Assembly: GCF_030684315.1 (NCBI RefSeq)
Contig: NC_081356.1
Coordinates: forward strand, 90,566,835 to 90,630,834
Direction of reading: 5' to 3'
DNA length: 64,000 nucleotides
DNA from: Stegostoma tigrinum
Lineage: Eukaryota
Of this stretch, positions 12,091 to 23,827 are shown piece after piece. A program made the position numbers and the translations under genes. Every line of letters begins with the position of its first letter. Positions within the stretch are counted from its first letter, which is position 1. The notes under the pieces are model-generated. The model had not been told where the DNA came from, searched no databases, and saw only the letters and a list, made by a program, of their open reading frames with translations.

Positions 12091-12960
12091 TGGTGTTTCA
12101 AAAATGTGGATCTAATGCATCCACCCATCAAACTGAAGCATATCCCCCCCATCCTGGCCATTGTTCCAGACATTTTCTTGTAGTAATTTGCCTCTAATGA
12201 AGGGAAAATGGTAGCTGGGTGTGGACACCATCACTGCTGGGCCTGCCTAATCATTAAGTAGTTCCTTCACCTCTGATGTTCCATGTCCCATTTCACGTTG
12301 ATGAGCACTAACAGCTCTTTGCCAACATTCCCCCAGTAGGGAGACTGACCATATTGAACTTCGGCTACTACTATTCTTCCTGCCCCTGAACCCTGGCGTT
12401 ATACCTTAATGATGCTCACTCTACTCCCCTATTCAGGGCGCAGGAGTGGTCACAGTCAATAACACTCCTCCCTATAACCTACCATGAACTCAGATGCTGT
12501 ACTTCAATCTCCCATCTACCTTGAGTTTCCCTCTATCGCTGTCCTTACCCCTATTTCACCCCGACCCAGAATGATCCCCTTCTGGCAGTAAGCCCCCCGC
12601 TGCCCTGACAGACTCCCTGCACCACAACTGAATGCTGAAAGACTCAATGGATGGACTGAATACACCATGGACCCTTGAGCAATTTTGGCAAAAAGCCCCT
12701 ATACTTTATTAATCAGAACCCTAATCATTGTCTTGACAACTCCATGGCTGACAGTACATGATCCCCCTGACTGCTTGTGCTGGCATTGCAGGATTGACCA
12801 TTGAAGTCTCCCTGGACTATATTAGGATTGATCCCCTGACTGTGAGCATCTCAAGTGGATGACTGACCGCATTGAAGCTTCTAGACTGTGTGCGCACAGT
12901 GCCTAGCACAGGGACCCCTGACCAACAGTGCCTCCACCAACACCACATCCCCTCACTCCC

Positions 12961-13792
12961 AAATGGAGGTGTGGCTTGAGGTGGGAGGAGGGGATAGGTG
13001 AGAGGAAGAACAGGTTAGGGAGGCGGGGACGAGCTGGGCTGGTTTTGGGATGCAGTGGGGGAGGGGGAGATTTTGAAGCTTGTCAAGTCCACATTGATAC
13101 CATTGGGCTGCAGGGTTCCAAAGCGGAATATGAGTTGCTGTTCCTGCAACCTTCGGGTGGCATCATTGTGACACTGCAGGAGGCCCATGATGGACATGTC
13201 ATCTAAGGAATGGGAGGGGGAGTTAAAATAGTTCACGACTGGGAGGTGTAGTTGTTTATTGCGAACCGGGTGGAGGTGTTCTGCAAAGTGGTCCCCAAGC
13301 CTCCGCTTGGTTTCCCCAATGTAGAGAAAGCCACACCGGGTACAGTGGATACAGTCTACCACATTGGCAGATGTGCAGGTGAACATCTGCTTAATATAGA
13401 AAGTCATCTTGGGGCCTGGGCTCCCCCCCCACTGCATCCCAAAACCAGCCCAGCTCGTCCCCACCTCCCTAACCTGTTCTTCCTCTCACCTATCCCCTCC
13501 TCCCACCTCAAGCTGCACCTCCATTTCCCACCTACCAACCTCATCCCGCCTCCTTGACCTGTCCGTCCTCCCCGGACTGACCTATCCCCTCCCCTCCTCC
13601 CCACCCATACTCTCCTCTCCACCTATCATCTCCTCTATCCATTTTCGGTCCGCCTCCCCCTCTCTCCCTATTTATTCCAGTTCCCTCCCCCCATCCCCCA
13701 CTCTGATGAAGGGTCTAGGCCCGAAACGTCAGCTTTTGTGCTCCTGAGATGCTGCTTGGCCTGCTGTGTTCATCCAACTTCACACTTTGTTA
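12961..13792. mobile_element. PLE family A, inverted two-arm fragment (minus 12961-13420, plus 13421-13792)
   Basis: GIY-YIG remnant ANVVDCIHCTRCGFLYIGETKRRLGDHFAEH and the same 3' terminal sequence as 790-3406. Confidence 0.9.
13703..13730 (+). ncRNA. Minimal type I hammerhead-ribozyme-like motif in the PLE terminus (intact core)
   Basis: CTGATGA-A-GGGT(CTAG)GCCC-GAAA-C-GTC: both core boxes, stem II and a palindromic ACGT in place of stem III. Confidence 0.65.
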
Positions 13793-14414
13793 CGTTGCCC
13801 CGACAGTATGTTTGAGAAGTGCCATGACTGTTGTGATGGGTTGGCAGCCACTGAATGCTAATGTTCATGGACAAAGGTGGATTATGGCCAGTATCTGTGT
13901 ACAGTGCTCTAAGATGTTTTTGCTCAACGTCCAGTATGCAGGTCACCCAGAGCTGAATCTGCCAGGTACCCCGTTCTGGTTTTCTTGTCAAATTTTCTCA
14001 ACTTCAAGTTTGTTTGGCCAATTTGGTAAGATGGGAGGATAAACTTTAATGAGTTGGTCCATTAACAAGACAGTTAACAAGCAACAATCTCCACCAATTG
14101 GCAATTGTTTATGATTGTTGAAGTTCTGCTTCATAATAATTTCTCTGGTTTTCAGGACCTCCTTTCTTTATCCTGCTTATGTTGCCTGCATAGATCCTCC
14201 TTTTCCCATTGTACTGTTTCCTCAGCCCTGTTAGGAATCCAAGAGCTCTAGCACTGAACAGGTAAAGTAACTGGCCGGCGCCACAGTCTTTGCTATAGAG
14301 AATAGTGACAATCTCTCTGACATACCACATCCTGCTATCCCTGCACTTACCTTTTCACTCTTGTCATTTGAATAGCTCCGTGCACCATGGTGCCACAGCC
14401 AGTTAACACACAAT

Positions 14415-14767
14415 AGCATGGTGGCTCAGTGGTTAGTACTGCTGCCTCACAGCACCAGGGACTTGAGTTCAATTCCAACTTTTAGGTGACTGTCTGTGTG
14501 CAGTTTGCACGCTCTCCTTGTGCCTGCATGGGTTTCCTCCAGGTGATTCAGTTTCCTCCCACAGTCCAAAGACGTGCAGATTGGCCATACTAAATTGTCC
14601 ATAGTATCCAGAGATGTGTAGGCTAGATAGATTAGGCATGGGAAATGCAGGGTGACAGGGATAGGGTAGGGTGTCAGTCTGGGTGGCGTGCTCTTCCGAC
14701 AGGCAGTGTGGACTCAATGGGCTGAATGACCTGCTCCCATTCTGTAAGGATTCTTCTGATTCTATGA
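14415..14767 (+). mobile_element. HE1-like V-SINE
   Basis: tRNA-like head (GGTGGCTCAGTGGTTAG, GAGTTCAATTCC), V-core GGGTTTCCTCCAGGTG...TTTCCTCCCACAGTCCAAAGA and a CR1-derived tail. Confidence 0.88.
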
Positions 14768-15234
14768 TAGCTGTTGCTGTCAAGTGAAAAGGACTTCAAA
14801 TTTGTCGGACAATCATAAAGGTTAAGGGTAAAAGGCACTCCTACTCTCAGCCCTCTTTCCTGCTTCACTTGCAGTCATGAAACTCTGACAAAATTGAAGA
14901 CCCTATCGTAAGTGGTTTGTGCCTCATAGTTCAAATGAGGTGTGATGTGTTGCTATGTCTCTATTTCAGCCTCCAGTTCATAAACTCTAAGCTGAAGCTG
15001 CTTGAATTTCAAACACTTATCGCAGACACATTTTTCCTGGATAAAAATCGTATCCAGCTGTTCCCACATGCTGAAGTTATGATGTATCACCTACTCTGCC
15101 AATCTTTAATTTTCATTAGCTACCCAGTGACTTTATACAATGGTATTATGTTTTGTTTCCACATATTCTAAATGATGCTGACTGTCTCTGGCTGCTCCCT
15201 TCATTCATTATTCTTAATGATCTGACCATTTCTG

Positions 15235-15432
15235 GTCAGAGATAATGGGAACTGCAGATGCTGGAGAATCCAAGATAACAAAGTGTGGAGCTGGATGAAC
15301 ACAGCAGGCCAAGCAGCATCTCAGGAGACCAAAAGCTGATGTTTCGGGCCTGAAGGTTCTAGGCCCGAAACGTCAGCTTTCGTGCTCCTGAGATGCTGCT
15401 TGGCCTGCTGTGTTCATCTAGCTGCACACTTT
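15235..15432. mobile_element. Short PLE family A fold-back element with 14-bp TSD
   Basis: Two inverted copies of the PLE terminus. TGACCATTTCTGGT lies at 15223-15236 and 15432-15445. Confidence 0.9.
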
Positions 15433-16267
15433 GACCATTTCTGGTGTTTGCTTTCACCTACTCCTCTGGATCATGCTGACTTTCTCTGGGTGCATGTTGT
15501 TTTCACTGTTTGGTGAGAGCTTCCAATCGGCTCCCGAGGCCTGGAATGGAGTCACTGGCCAGCACCCTGTAAAATTAAACTTACAGGACTTCATGTTGGC
15601 CTCTCCTACCACTTGTTACATCAGAACAATGGCAGGATGAGGCCTTTAGCTGGACATTAAGGCCTATAAATCTATGGCAGGGCCAGGGTTGGGGAAATGA
15701 TATGGGACTGATACTGTTAATGACACACTGCCTCAAATGATACCCTCCTGCTCTCCTTCCTGCAGATGATGTGTTAAATTCAGCCCAATGTTTCTGCTCC
15801 TGATACATTAAAATGTTTCACTCATATCATTACAAAACTGTGAATTCTGAGATGGTGAAATTTCTTGATATTATTGAACAAGATGTTGCTCACAAACTGT
15901 TTACCTTAAATACTTGATCCAAACCAGAAGGTATAAAAACATTGTGCCAATACTTACTGCACCATTTCCATGCTTTTTTTGTCATGGTAAATATTATGAT
16001 GTTCTGAAAAAATGCCATAGGCTGTAATCTCTTGATTACTTTCCAACATATTGCCTCTCACTGCTTTGTAGTAGAACAATGACAGGCTGGACAGTTTTTT
16101 ATTGCATATTACCACTGAATGAGTGGACACAATGGTTTCTTAATTAATATGCTACCAGCCAGCCCAGTTGAAAGAGCTGATCCTTACCAAAAGGGAGTAA
16201 AAGTCTTGAAAGTTAGTCACTTCAGTTTTACAGGATGCCCACGGATGAAGCAATGCATAGGGTAGTG

Positions 16268-16733
16268 AACAAAGTGTGGAGCTGGACGAACACAGCAGGT
16301 CAAGCAGCATCTTAGGAGCACAAAAGCTGACGCTTCGGGCCTTATCCCTTCATCAGAAAAGGGGGAGGGGGAGAGGGTTCTGAAATAAATAGGGAGAGAG
16401 GGGGAGGCGGATCGAAGATGGATAGAGGCGAAGATAGGTAGAGAAGAGACAGACCAGTTAAAGAGGAGGGGATGGAGCCAGTAGAGGTGAGTGTAGGTGG
16501 GAAGGTAGGGAGGGGATAGGTCAGTCTGGGGAGGACGGACAGGCAAAGGGGCAGGATGAGGTTAGTAGGAAGGAAATAGGGGTACGGCTTGAGGTGGGAG
16601 GAGGGGATAGGTGAGAGGAAGAACATGTTAGGGAGGCGGGGATGAGTTGAGCTTGTTTTGGGATGCGGTGGGGGAGGGGCAATTTTGAAGCTTGTGAAAT
16701 CCACATTGATGCCATTGGGCTGCAGGGTTCCCA
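16268..16733 (-). mobile_element. 5'-truncated PLE family A
   Basis: C-terminal GTLQPNGINVDFTSFKI plus the terminus. Imperfect TSD CATAGG(G/C)TAGT(G/T)AAC at 16256-16270 and 16732-16746. Confidence 0.88.
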
Positions 16734-19700
16734 TAGGCTAGTTAACTGACCACAAGCTGTGAAGAGTACTTACCGAGGACTGCTGGGTATAGGCATCCCA
16801 ACTAGTCAGACTGTGTGTCAAGCTATAACTTCATTTGAATCAACACATGAATTCCACACTGGGATCATGTTAGTCCACCCAATGTATGTGCTTAGCAGTC
16901 ATCAAAGGAACCTGCATTTGGCTCCAAAAGGGCATGTCTGCTAACTGTTTGTTTGAAAAGGGAAGTTTTCCAATTTACAGTTTGGGTGATTCAAACTAAT
17001 GTTTATATCACAAGGTCTGCAATTAAATAAAATTGCACCTTGATAGCAATGAAAGAGCAGAAATCTTCTACTGCGAACATAAATAATATCAAAACCATTT
17101 TCTAAAGCACCAGCCTTTTATCTTCAGTGCATGAAACAATCACAGACCTGTATCATGCAAAGTCTGCAATCCAGGGAAAGACAAGTATAACAGAAGGCAC
17201 TTAAAATTCTCAGATCTCAATGCTTGTTTTTAATGTAACCACAATTTTTTCTTGAGAGTGTATCTATCTATTTGAGTGTGACAGTTAGACTAATTGCTGT
17301 CTTATGTTGTGGTGTGAATCCTTTTTGGTTTGTGGTTGGGGTGGAAAGCTGCCATCAATCCTCTTTGCTATGCTGAGTCTCAGGGCCTCTCTGTTCACCG
17401 GTGGCGGATTAAAAACTACTATTAAAAGTTCCAGCAGCATTTGTGACAGGATCATGGCATGGTCCCCCAGACTGAGTCCATATAAGTTGCCTTGCTGCCT
17501 CGACTGGAACATGGTTGAACAATTGTTCCTCAGATTTTAATTAAATGTGACCAATGAGCTGTAGACAGCAACTCGGCCTTGGGTGCTCACTAGTGACAAA
17601 GCTTAGAAATATGTGCTGTGTGATATAGGTACTTCTGAAAATATAATTGTCATTTTGATTCTTAAAATAGTTACAAACGGATTTTGGTTTCAATTCTTAG
17701 CAGGTGGCTTCTGTTTATATCATTTTTAAGAAAGTATATAATTTGGTTATGTGCCTAACAGGATAAATATTATTTTAAATAATTGCACATTTATGCCATT
17801 CAGTTTAGAATAGACAGAGAAAACATACCAGGGACACTTGTTTCGTTCTGACCTCAGTTCATGATAATCAGGGCATCAGTTCAGGAGAAAAACTTCTTTT
17901 TGGCAGAAAGATCAAATTTTCTTTTCAGAAGAGCAATCTCCCAGAAGATGTGTTTTAGATTATAAAGTCTTCAGGCTGTGAGAGTTTGTGTAGAAGTTTT
18001 CAAGTTGCTAGACGTAGAACACAGAACAATACAGCACAGGAACAGGCCCTGTGGGCTGACCACGATGCTATTCTAACCTAATTCCATCTACCTGCATTTG
18101 GTCTGTATCCCTCTAATCTCTACCTGTTCATGTGCCTGTCTAAATGGCTCTTAAACTTTGCTATTGTGCTTCTACCACCTCCCCAGCAGCTTATTCCAGA
18201 TCAGTGCTACACTTTGTGTAAAAAACTGACTGTCACATCCCTTTAACTTGTTCCCACTCTCACCTTAAATTTATGCTCCCTAGTATTTGACATTTCCATG
18301 CTGGGAAAGAGCCCCTGATTGTCCACCCATCTAAGCCCCTCATGTTTTTATACACTTCTATCACGTCGCCCCTCAGCCTAGAATGCTCTGGCGAAAACAA
18401 TCCAAGTTTGTCCAACCTCTCCTCATAGCTAATACACTCCAATCCAACATCCTGGCAAGCCTCTTCTGCTCTCTCTCCAAAGCTTCCATGTCCTTCCTAT
18501 AGTGCAGCAAGCAGAACTGCACACAACACTCCAAATGTGGACTGCCCAAAGTGTTATATAGTTGCAATATGATTTTCCAACTTTTATACTCAAGGCCCTA
18601 ATTGAGGAAGGCAAGCATGCTGTATGTCTTCATTATCACCTTATTCAATTTCGTTGCCATTTTCAGGGAGCTACGACTTAAACCTCAAGTTCATCTATAT
18701 ATCAATGCTCCTCAGGCTCCATCCATTTACAGTGTACTTTGCCATTCCATTTAATCCCCCAAAATGCATCGGCTCACATTTCTTTGGCAAACGTTCCAGT
18801 TAATCTGTATCCTGTTTCATCTTTTGACATCCTTCCACACTATCCACAACTCCACCAATTTTCGTGTCATGTGCAAATTTTTTTAATCAGACCACCGACA
18901 TTTTCGTCCAAATCATTTTTATGTATTCCAAACAACAGAGGTCCTGGCACTGATCCTTGTGGAACACCACTGGTGATAGGTCTTCAGTCAGAAAAACACC
19001 AGTCCACAATAACCCCTGTCTTCTTTGGCCAAGCCAATTTTGTATACAACTTGTTAATTCACCATGGGTTCCATGTGATTTGGTCTTCTGGACAAGCCTA
19101 CCATGAAGGATCTTGTCAAAGGCCTTGCTCAAGCCCATGTGGACAACATCTACTGCCTTACCCTCATTGACCATCTTTGTCACTTCCTCAAAAAACTCAA
19201 TCAAGTTTGTGAGACAAGACCTCCCTTGCATAAAGCCATGTTGACAATCCCTAATAAGTTCATTCTTCTCCAAATTCAAGTATACCCTGTTCCTAAGAAT
19301 ATTCTCCAATAATTTCCATACCACTGATATAAGGCTCACCAGCCTATAATTACCTGATTATCCCTGTTGCCCTTCTTGAACAAAGGAACAACACTGGCTA
19401 TTTTCCAGTCTTTTGGGACTTTACCTGTGGCTAAAGAAGATGCAAAAGATGTATGTCAATGCTCTGCAATCACCTCCCTTGCCTCCTTCACTATATTGGA
19501 ATAGATCCCATCATGCTTTGGGGACATATCTACCTTAATGCGGTTCAAGACACCCAACACCTCCTCCTTCTTAACATCAACATGCCTTAGAGTATCAAAA
19601 GCACTTTCTAAACTTAGCATCATCCATGTCTTTATCATTGGTGAATATTGATGAAAATACTCATTAAGGACCTCATTCACTTACCCTGGCTTCGTGTATA

Positions 19701-19770
19701 AATTCCGTTCTTTGTCCTTGCATGGTACTATGCTTTCCCGAGTTACTGTCCTGCTCCTATTATACATTTA

Positions 19771-19860
19771 AGAAGGGTCTAGGCTAGAAACGTCAGCTTT
19801 CCTGTTCCTATGATGCTGCTTGGCCTCCTGTGTTCATCCAGCTCTACACCTTGCTATCTC
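19771..19860 (+). mobile_element. PLE terminal fragment with 9-bp TSD
   Basis: Starts inside the hammerhead-like core. TACATTTAA lies at 19763-19771 and 19861-19869. Confidence 0.8.
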
Positions 19861-20594
19861 TACATTTAAAATGACTTGGGAATCTCCTGAATCTTACTTG
19901 CCAAGGATATTTCTGGACCTTTTAATTTATTTTTCAAGCTCATTTCTGCTTTTTTAATATTTCTCAAAATCCTTTTTGATTTCTGTTTCCTAAACCTTAT
20001 ATATAGTTCCTTTTTCTTGTTAATTAATCATAAAACATCTCTCATCATCCAGGGTTACTGAATCTTGCCATCCTTATCTTTCATCCGAACAGGAACATTC
20101 GGGTCCTGAACTCGAATCAGCTGGGTGTTAAATGACTCCCACATGTCAGATGTGGATTTAACATCAAACAGTTGCCACCAGTTTGATTTTTGCAGTTCTT
20201 GCCTAATATCTTTGTAACTGGCATTCCCCCAGTTAAGCATTTGCAGCTGAGGTCCTGTTTTATCCTATTCCATAACCATCTTAAAACGTATGTAATTATG
20301 ATCACTGTTCCCAAAATACCCTTTCACTGAAACTTCAATCATCTTCCCTAGTTAGACTATCTACATATTGTTCCAAGAATCCCTCCTGGATTGCCTATCA
20401 AATTCTGACTCATATAATTCCCTGGGGCCAGGAGAATCCACAATGAATATTGGGGAAATTAAAATCACCCACTACTACATCCTGTTTTTATATTTTTCTG
20501 TGAATCACTTACATTTCTGTATCTTCATTCCCACTGGCTATTGAAAGTTCTATAGTGTAACCTCATCATAGTTATTGCAACTTCTTTCTTTAGG

Positions 20595-20840
20595 AGCAGA
20601 AACAAAGTTGCTGGAAAAGCTCAGCAGGTCTGGCAGCATCTGTGGAGGAGAAAACAGAGTTAACGTTTCGGGTCTGGTGACCCTTCCTCAGAACTCAGTA
20701 CCTTCTGAGGAAGGATGACCAGATGCAAAGCGTTAACCCTGTTTTCTCGTCCACAGATGCTGCCAGACCTGCTGAGCTTTTCCAGCAACTTTGTTTTTGT
20801 CCCTGATTTACAGCATCCGCAGTTCTTTTGGTTTTTATTT
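20595..20840. mobile_element. Short PLE family B fold-back element
   Basis: Inverted arms (AAAGTTGCTGGAAAAGCTCAGCAGGTCTGGCAGCATCTGTGG and its complement). Imperfect TSD TTTC(T/C)TTAGG at 20585-20594 and 20838-20847. Confidence 0.8.
20662..20691 (-). ncRNA. Minimal hammerhead-like motif, family B (intact core)
   Basis: Minus strand reads CTGAGGA-A-GGGTC(ACCA)GACCC-GAAA-C-GTT. Confidence 0.6.
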
Positions 20841-20949
20841 CCTTAGGTCTACCAATATTGTCTTGATGGGTGAGTCCTTCAAGATGTCCTCTCTTAGTAT
20901 GTCAGTTAGAACTGGAAAGAGGTTCAGGCCAAATGAACCAGAAGAAGTT

Positions 20950-22440
20950 ATAAGATGGTCTCAGCAGCCCATGAAGGAAAACTGGGAAGAATCCATTATT
21001 ATAAGAAATTAAAAACTTGTTAGAAGTGATATTGTTTTCTGGGTTTATATATCTTTGAAGGATATTGCTGAGAAAAAGTTTGAAACTTTATTTTGCTGAA
21101 TGCAATAAGAATATTTTAAACTGTCCTCTTTATAGTTTTGCTTTTGTTTTTCTTTTGTAATATAAACTTCTTGTTTTAAAGAACATTGGCAACTCAATGT
21201 GAATGCATTCAGTGATTAGTCACCATTCTACTTAGCTGCAAAAATTAATCTCATGATCCATCAAGCCAGGTTTCACTCTGGGATCTAACTTGTCCAGTAT
21301 TACCATCAGTTGAGTTTGTAATGAAGTGGAGCCTCTTGGCAGGATACGAATTCATGGAATATAAGAGGGATCCACATTTGGTTTTAAAGGAGCAAGAACA
21401 TCGAGATGCTGTACATAAAACAGGCCTGTTGCTGTGAAGTATATTGCACAGTTTGTGCTTTCAAAATGGTTGTGCATTGATCAGAGTTTCTGGGAATAGA
21501 AGACATAACAGTGTATTTTTTGAAATATTTGACTAAGGCTGTGCAGAGTGAATTAAGAGATTAGTTGAAGGTAGACATAGATGCATGATGTCATAAGGAT
21601 GAGATACTTGAAGTAATTACCCATTATTCCAAATTAAGGGGAGGAAAAGCTGAAATAGGGATGTCATCACAAGAAATAGCTGACATTCATTGAGAAATGG
21701 AAAAAAATTGAATTGAAAAAAGACAATGACAGCAACGAACAATATTGAATTTATGAATAGAGATAGTAGGAACTGTTGATCTTGGAGAATTTGAGATAAC
21801 CAGGTGTAGGGCTGGATGACGTCATTTCTGAAGAAGGGTCCAGACCCGAAATGTCAGTTTTCCTGCTCATCTGATGCTGCTTGGCCCACTGTGTGCATCC
21901 AGCTCTACACCTTATTATCTTGAATTTATGAAATTTGAATTTCAAAGAGAGGAATATCAGACAATATTACTTAGAGAGTGGAAAATATTAGAATAAAGGA
22001 GACAAGAAGGGGTAGTAGACTACAGGATTATTCTGATTTCAGTGAGAGATTTGATTTAACTAGAAATTTACATTTAGTGGCCAAATTTACAGAGGTTGGA
22101 ATGGAAAGATATTTCACTTCATTTTTAAAGATAACTCAAAACATGGAGTGGCCAGAGGATATTTATTTGGGCCTTAATGTTACGATGTTTTGATACAGGT
22201 TGAGCAATGACTGTGTATGCCAATTTGTGACAGGAACAATGAGAAGACAGTGAAACTGCTTATGAGCTTGTCTCGAAACCTTATTAATTAAAGAGTAGGA
22301 GTATAAGAAATAAACTTAATTAGGCATGTGTAGAATTTGCAAGAGAACAAATAATGTTATGGAATTCATGGTTTCAATTGCTGAAGTTAGAGAGAAAAGT
22401 CGAGAAAGTAAGAAAAGAATCTATGGTTATACAAGAAGTC
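20950..22440 (+). mobile_element. Decayed Gypsy (Gmr1-like) LTR retrotransposon: LTR end and gag remnant
   Basis: The ORF at 21978-22193, ERFDLTRNLHLVAKFTEVGMERYFTSFLKITQNMEWPED, resembles the vertebrate Gypsy gag motif F.....I.LVP.F.E..V..YF..FEK.A....WP. A weak tRNA-Pro-PBS-like TGGAGCCTCTTGGCAGGAT starts at about 21327. Confidence 0.65.
21758..21921. mobile_element. Short PLE fold-back element (older family A variant) with 13-bp TSD
   Basis: TTGAATTTATGAA lies at 21745-21757 and 21920-21932. Core CTGAAGAAGGGTCCAGACCCGAAATGTC at 21828-21855. Confidence 0.85.
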
Positions 22441-23809
22441 TGAAAGAGCACCTTTTTTGTACATTCCAATATGTTAGAAGTTGCACTTCTGGTTTGCAGT
22501 AAACATGCATTTCCTCGCTACCATTTTGAGAGTTGAAGGATTCTGTTTAGATCTTGTGAAACCGATGTGGTATTATCAAATTGCTAGGCCATTAGGTTTA
22601 TTCAGAAACCTACAATATATTATCAAAATCACGGCAATACCCATAATACAAAAGGTGACTGGGCCTTTTCAGCTTTGGCACAAAATAATTTGATCAAATA
22701 ATGATCATAGAGCAGATACAGCACAGGAGGAAGATATTCTGAGTTCATATGGACATATGTCAGGTATTTCCATGGGGGGGATGTCAGCTGATCCACAGCA
22801 ATTTCAGCTGTAGATTGTAGAACCCGGTTTATGCAGATTATTCAGGTTTCTGTTTAACTTCTACTGAAGTTACAGTCATCATTTGGGATCACACCCAAAG
22901 AAACTTTGTCGTGATTATTTCATGGAAATGGTGAGCGATTCTATAAGGGTCCTAGACAGTTGCTGCAGTACTTTCCTTTGATTATTAAAATACACTGAGC
23001 TATAAAAAGTACAGTTAATCAATTCTCATCATTATAGACTCATGGCAAGTAATACAATGACTATTTTATTAGGAGAACCCATTCTTTTGCTGTTAAAGCT
23101 TTCTTGGTGCCTAGAATGGAGTTTTGGCTTTGACAAAGGAAACATGGTCATAATAGGTTTGTGGTGAAATTGGCAGAAGGCTGGAGTAGGTCACTTGCCC
23201 TTTTGCTTCCATCATCTGAATAATTTTGTGTTAAGTCGGGGAAGGATCTATAGAAGGAAACTATATTTGTTTTCTGAAAGAGCAGGGCTTAAAATAAACA
23301 AATAATAGTTTGCTCCAAGTTGCGTATCTGCAGTTTTTAGTTTATAAATCTTCATGTGAGAACTAAAAGCACATCAAATGTCTGTCTACTGTATGTACCA
23401 AAAACATTTATTTCACAAATTCTTTTTATGCCAGTAATCCAATTAGGAGGTGGTATTGCATGACAAGCTATTGTCGGCAGGGGAATGGACTGCATGTTTG
23501 GTGCTTCATAATTATCAACATTTTTGACAAGAATGTAGAGAATACATGGGGACTGGGAATGAGTTTTTTTTAAAGTAGGTCCAAACGCAGTATAAAATAT
23601 ATGCCAATTCATGTAAGCTTCAGGCTCTGTGGCTTTTTAAAGCTATGCCAGACGCTGTTCTGTCAGTGAAACCAAGAGTAAAACTGATACAAAATGCTGC
23701 AAGGCAAGGAACAGCCTCCAGTCAGCATTAACACAGAGGTACAGATCCTTGGCAATCCTCCTCCACAAAGCCATCATTCCAGCGACTCAGAAACAAAATG
23801 CAGACTCAC

Positions 23810-23827
23810 CAACACTAAATAAATTCT
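23810..23827 (-). CDS. Candidate 18-nt microexon
   Basis: ttttctgttttaaaatgtctgctgccttccctag|AGAATTTATTTAGTGTTG|gtgagt: strong acceptor with upstream UGC, consensus donor, frame-preserving. Confidence 0.4.

Larger units (their letters stand above)
18010..20900 (-). mobile_element. CR1/HER1-type LINE, decayed ORF2, interrupted by two PLE insertions
   Basis: RT fragments QHGFMQGRSCLTNLIEFFEEVTK...SKAFDK and PHLECCVQF. The 3' tail is at about 18010. Confidence 0.9.

Noticed and set aside
12759-12890. Degenerate tandem duplication of about 70 bp
   Set aside because: Only two poorly matching units, probably internal to an old repeat.
14345-14400. Minus-strand AAG|GTAAGT donor with an MVHGA peptide resembling MBNL
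   Set aside because: The similarity stops after five residues, and there is no acceptor before the adjacent SINE.
14415-14480. tRNA gene (also at 52532, 49360, 7700 and about 4540-4600 minus)
   Set aside because: These are tRNA-like SINE heads that run into SINE cores or are decayed, with no complete cloverleaf evident.
15275-15432. Pre-miRNA or DNA-transposon MITE
   Set aside because: The hairpin is two inverted PLE ends, with variable inversion points and variable-length TSDs among copies.
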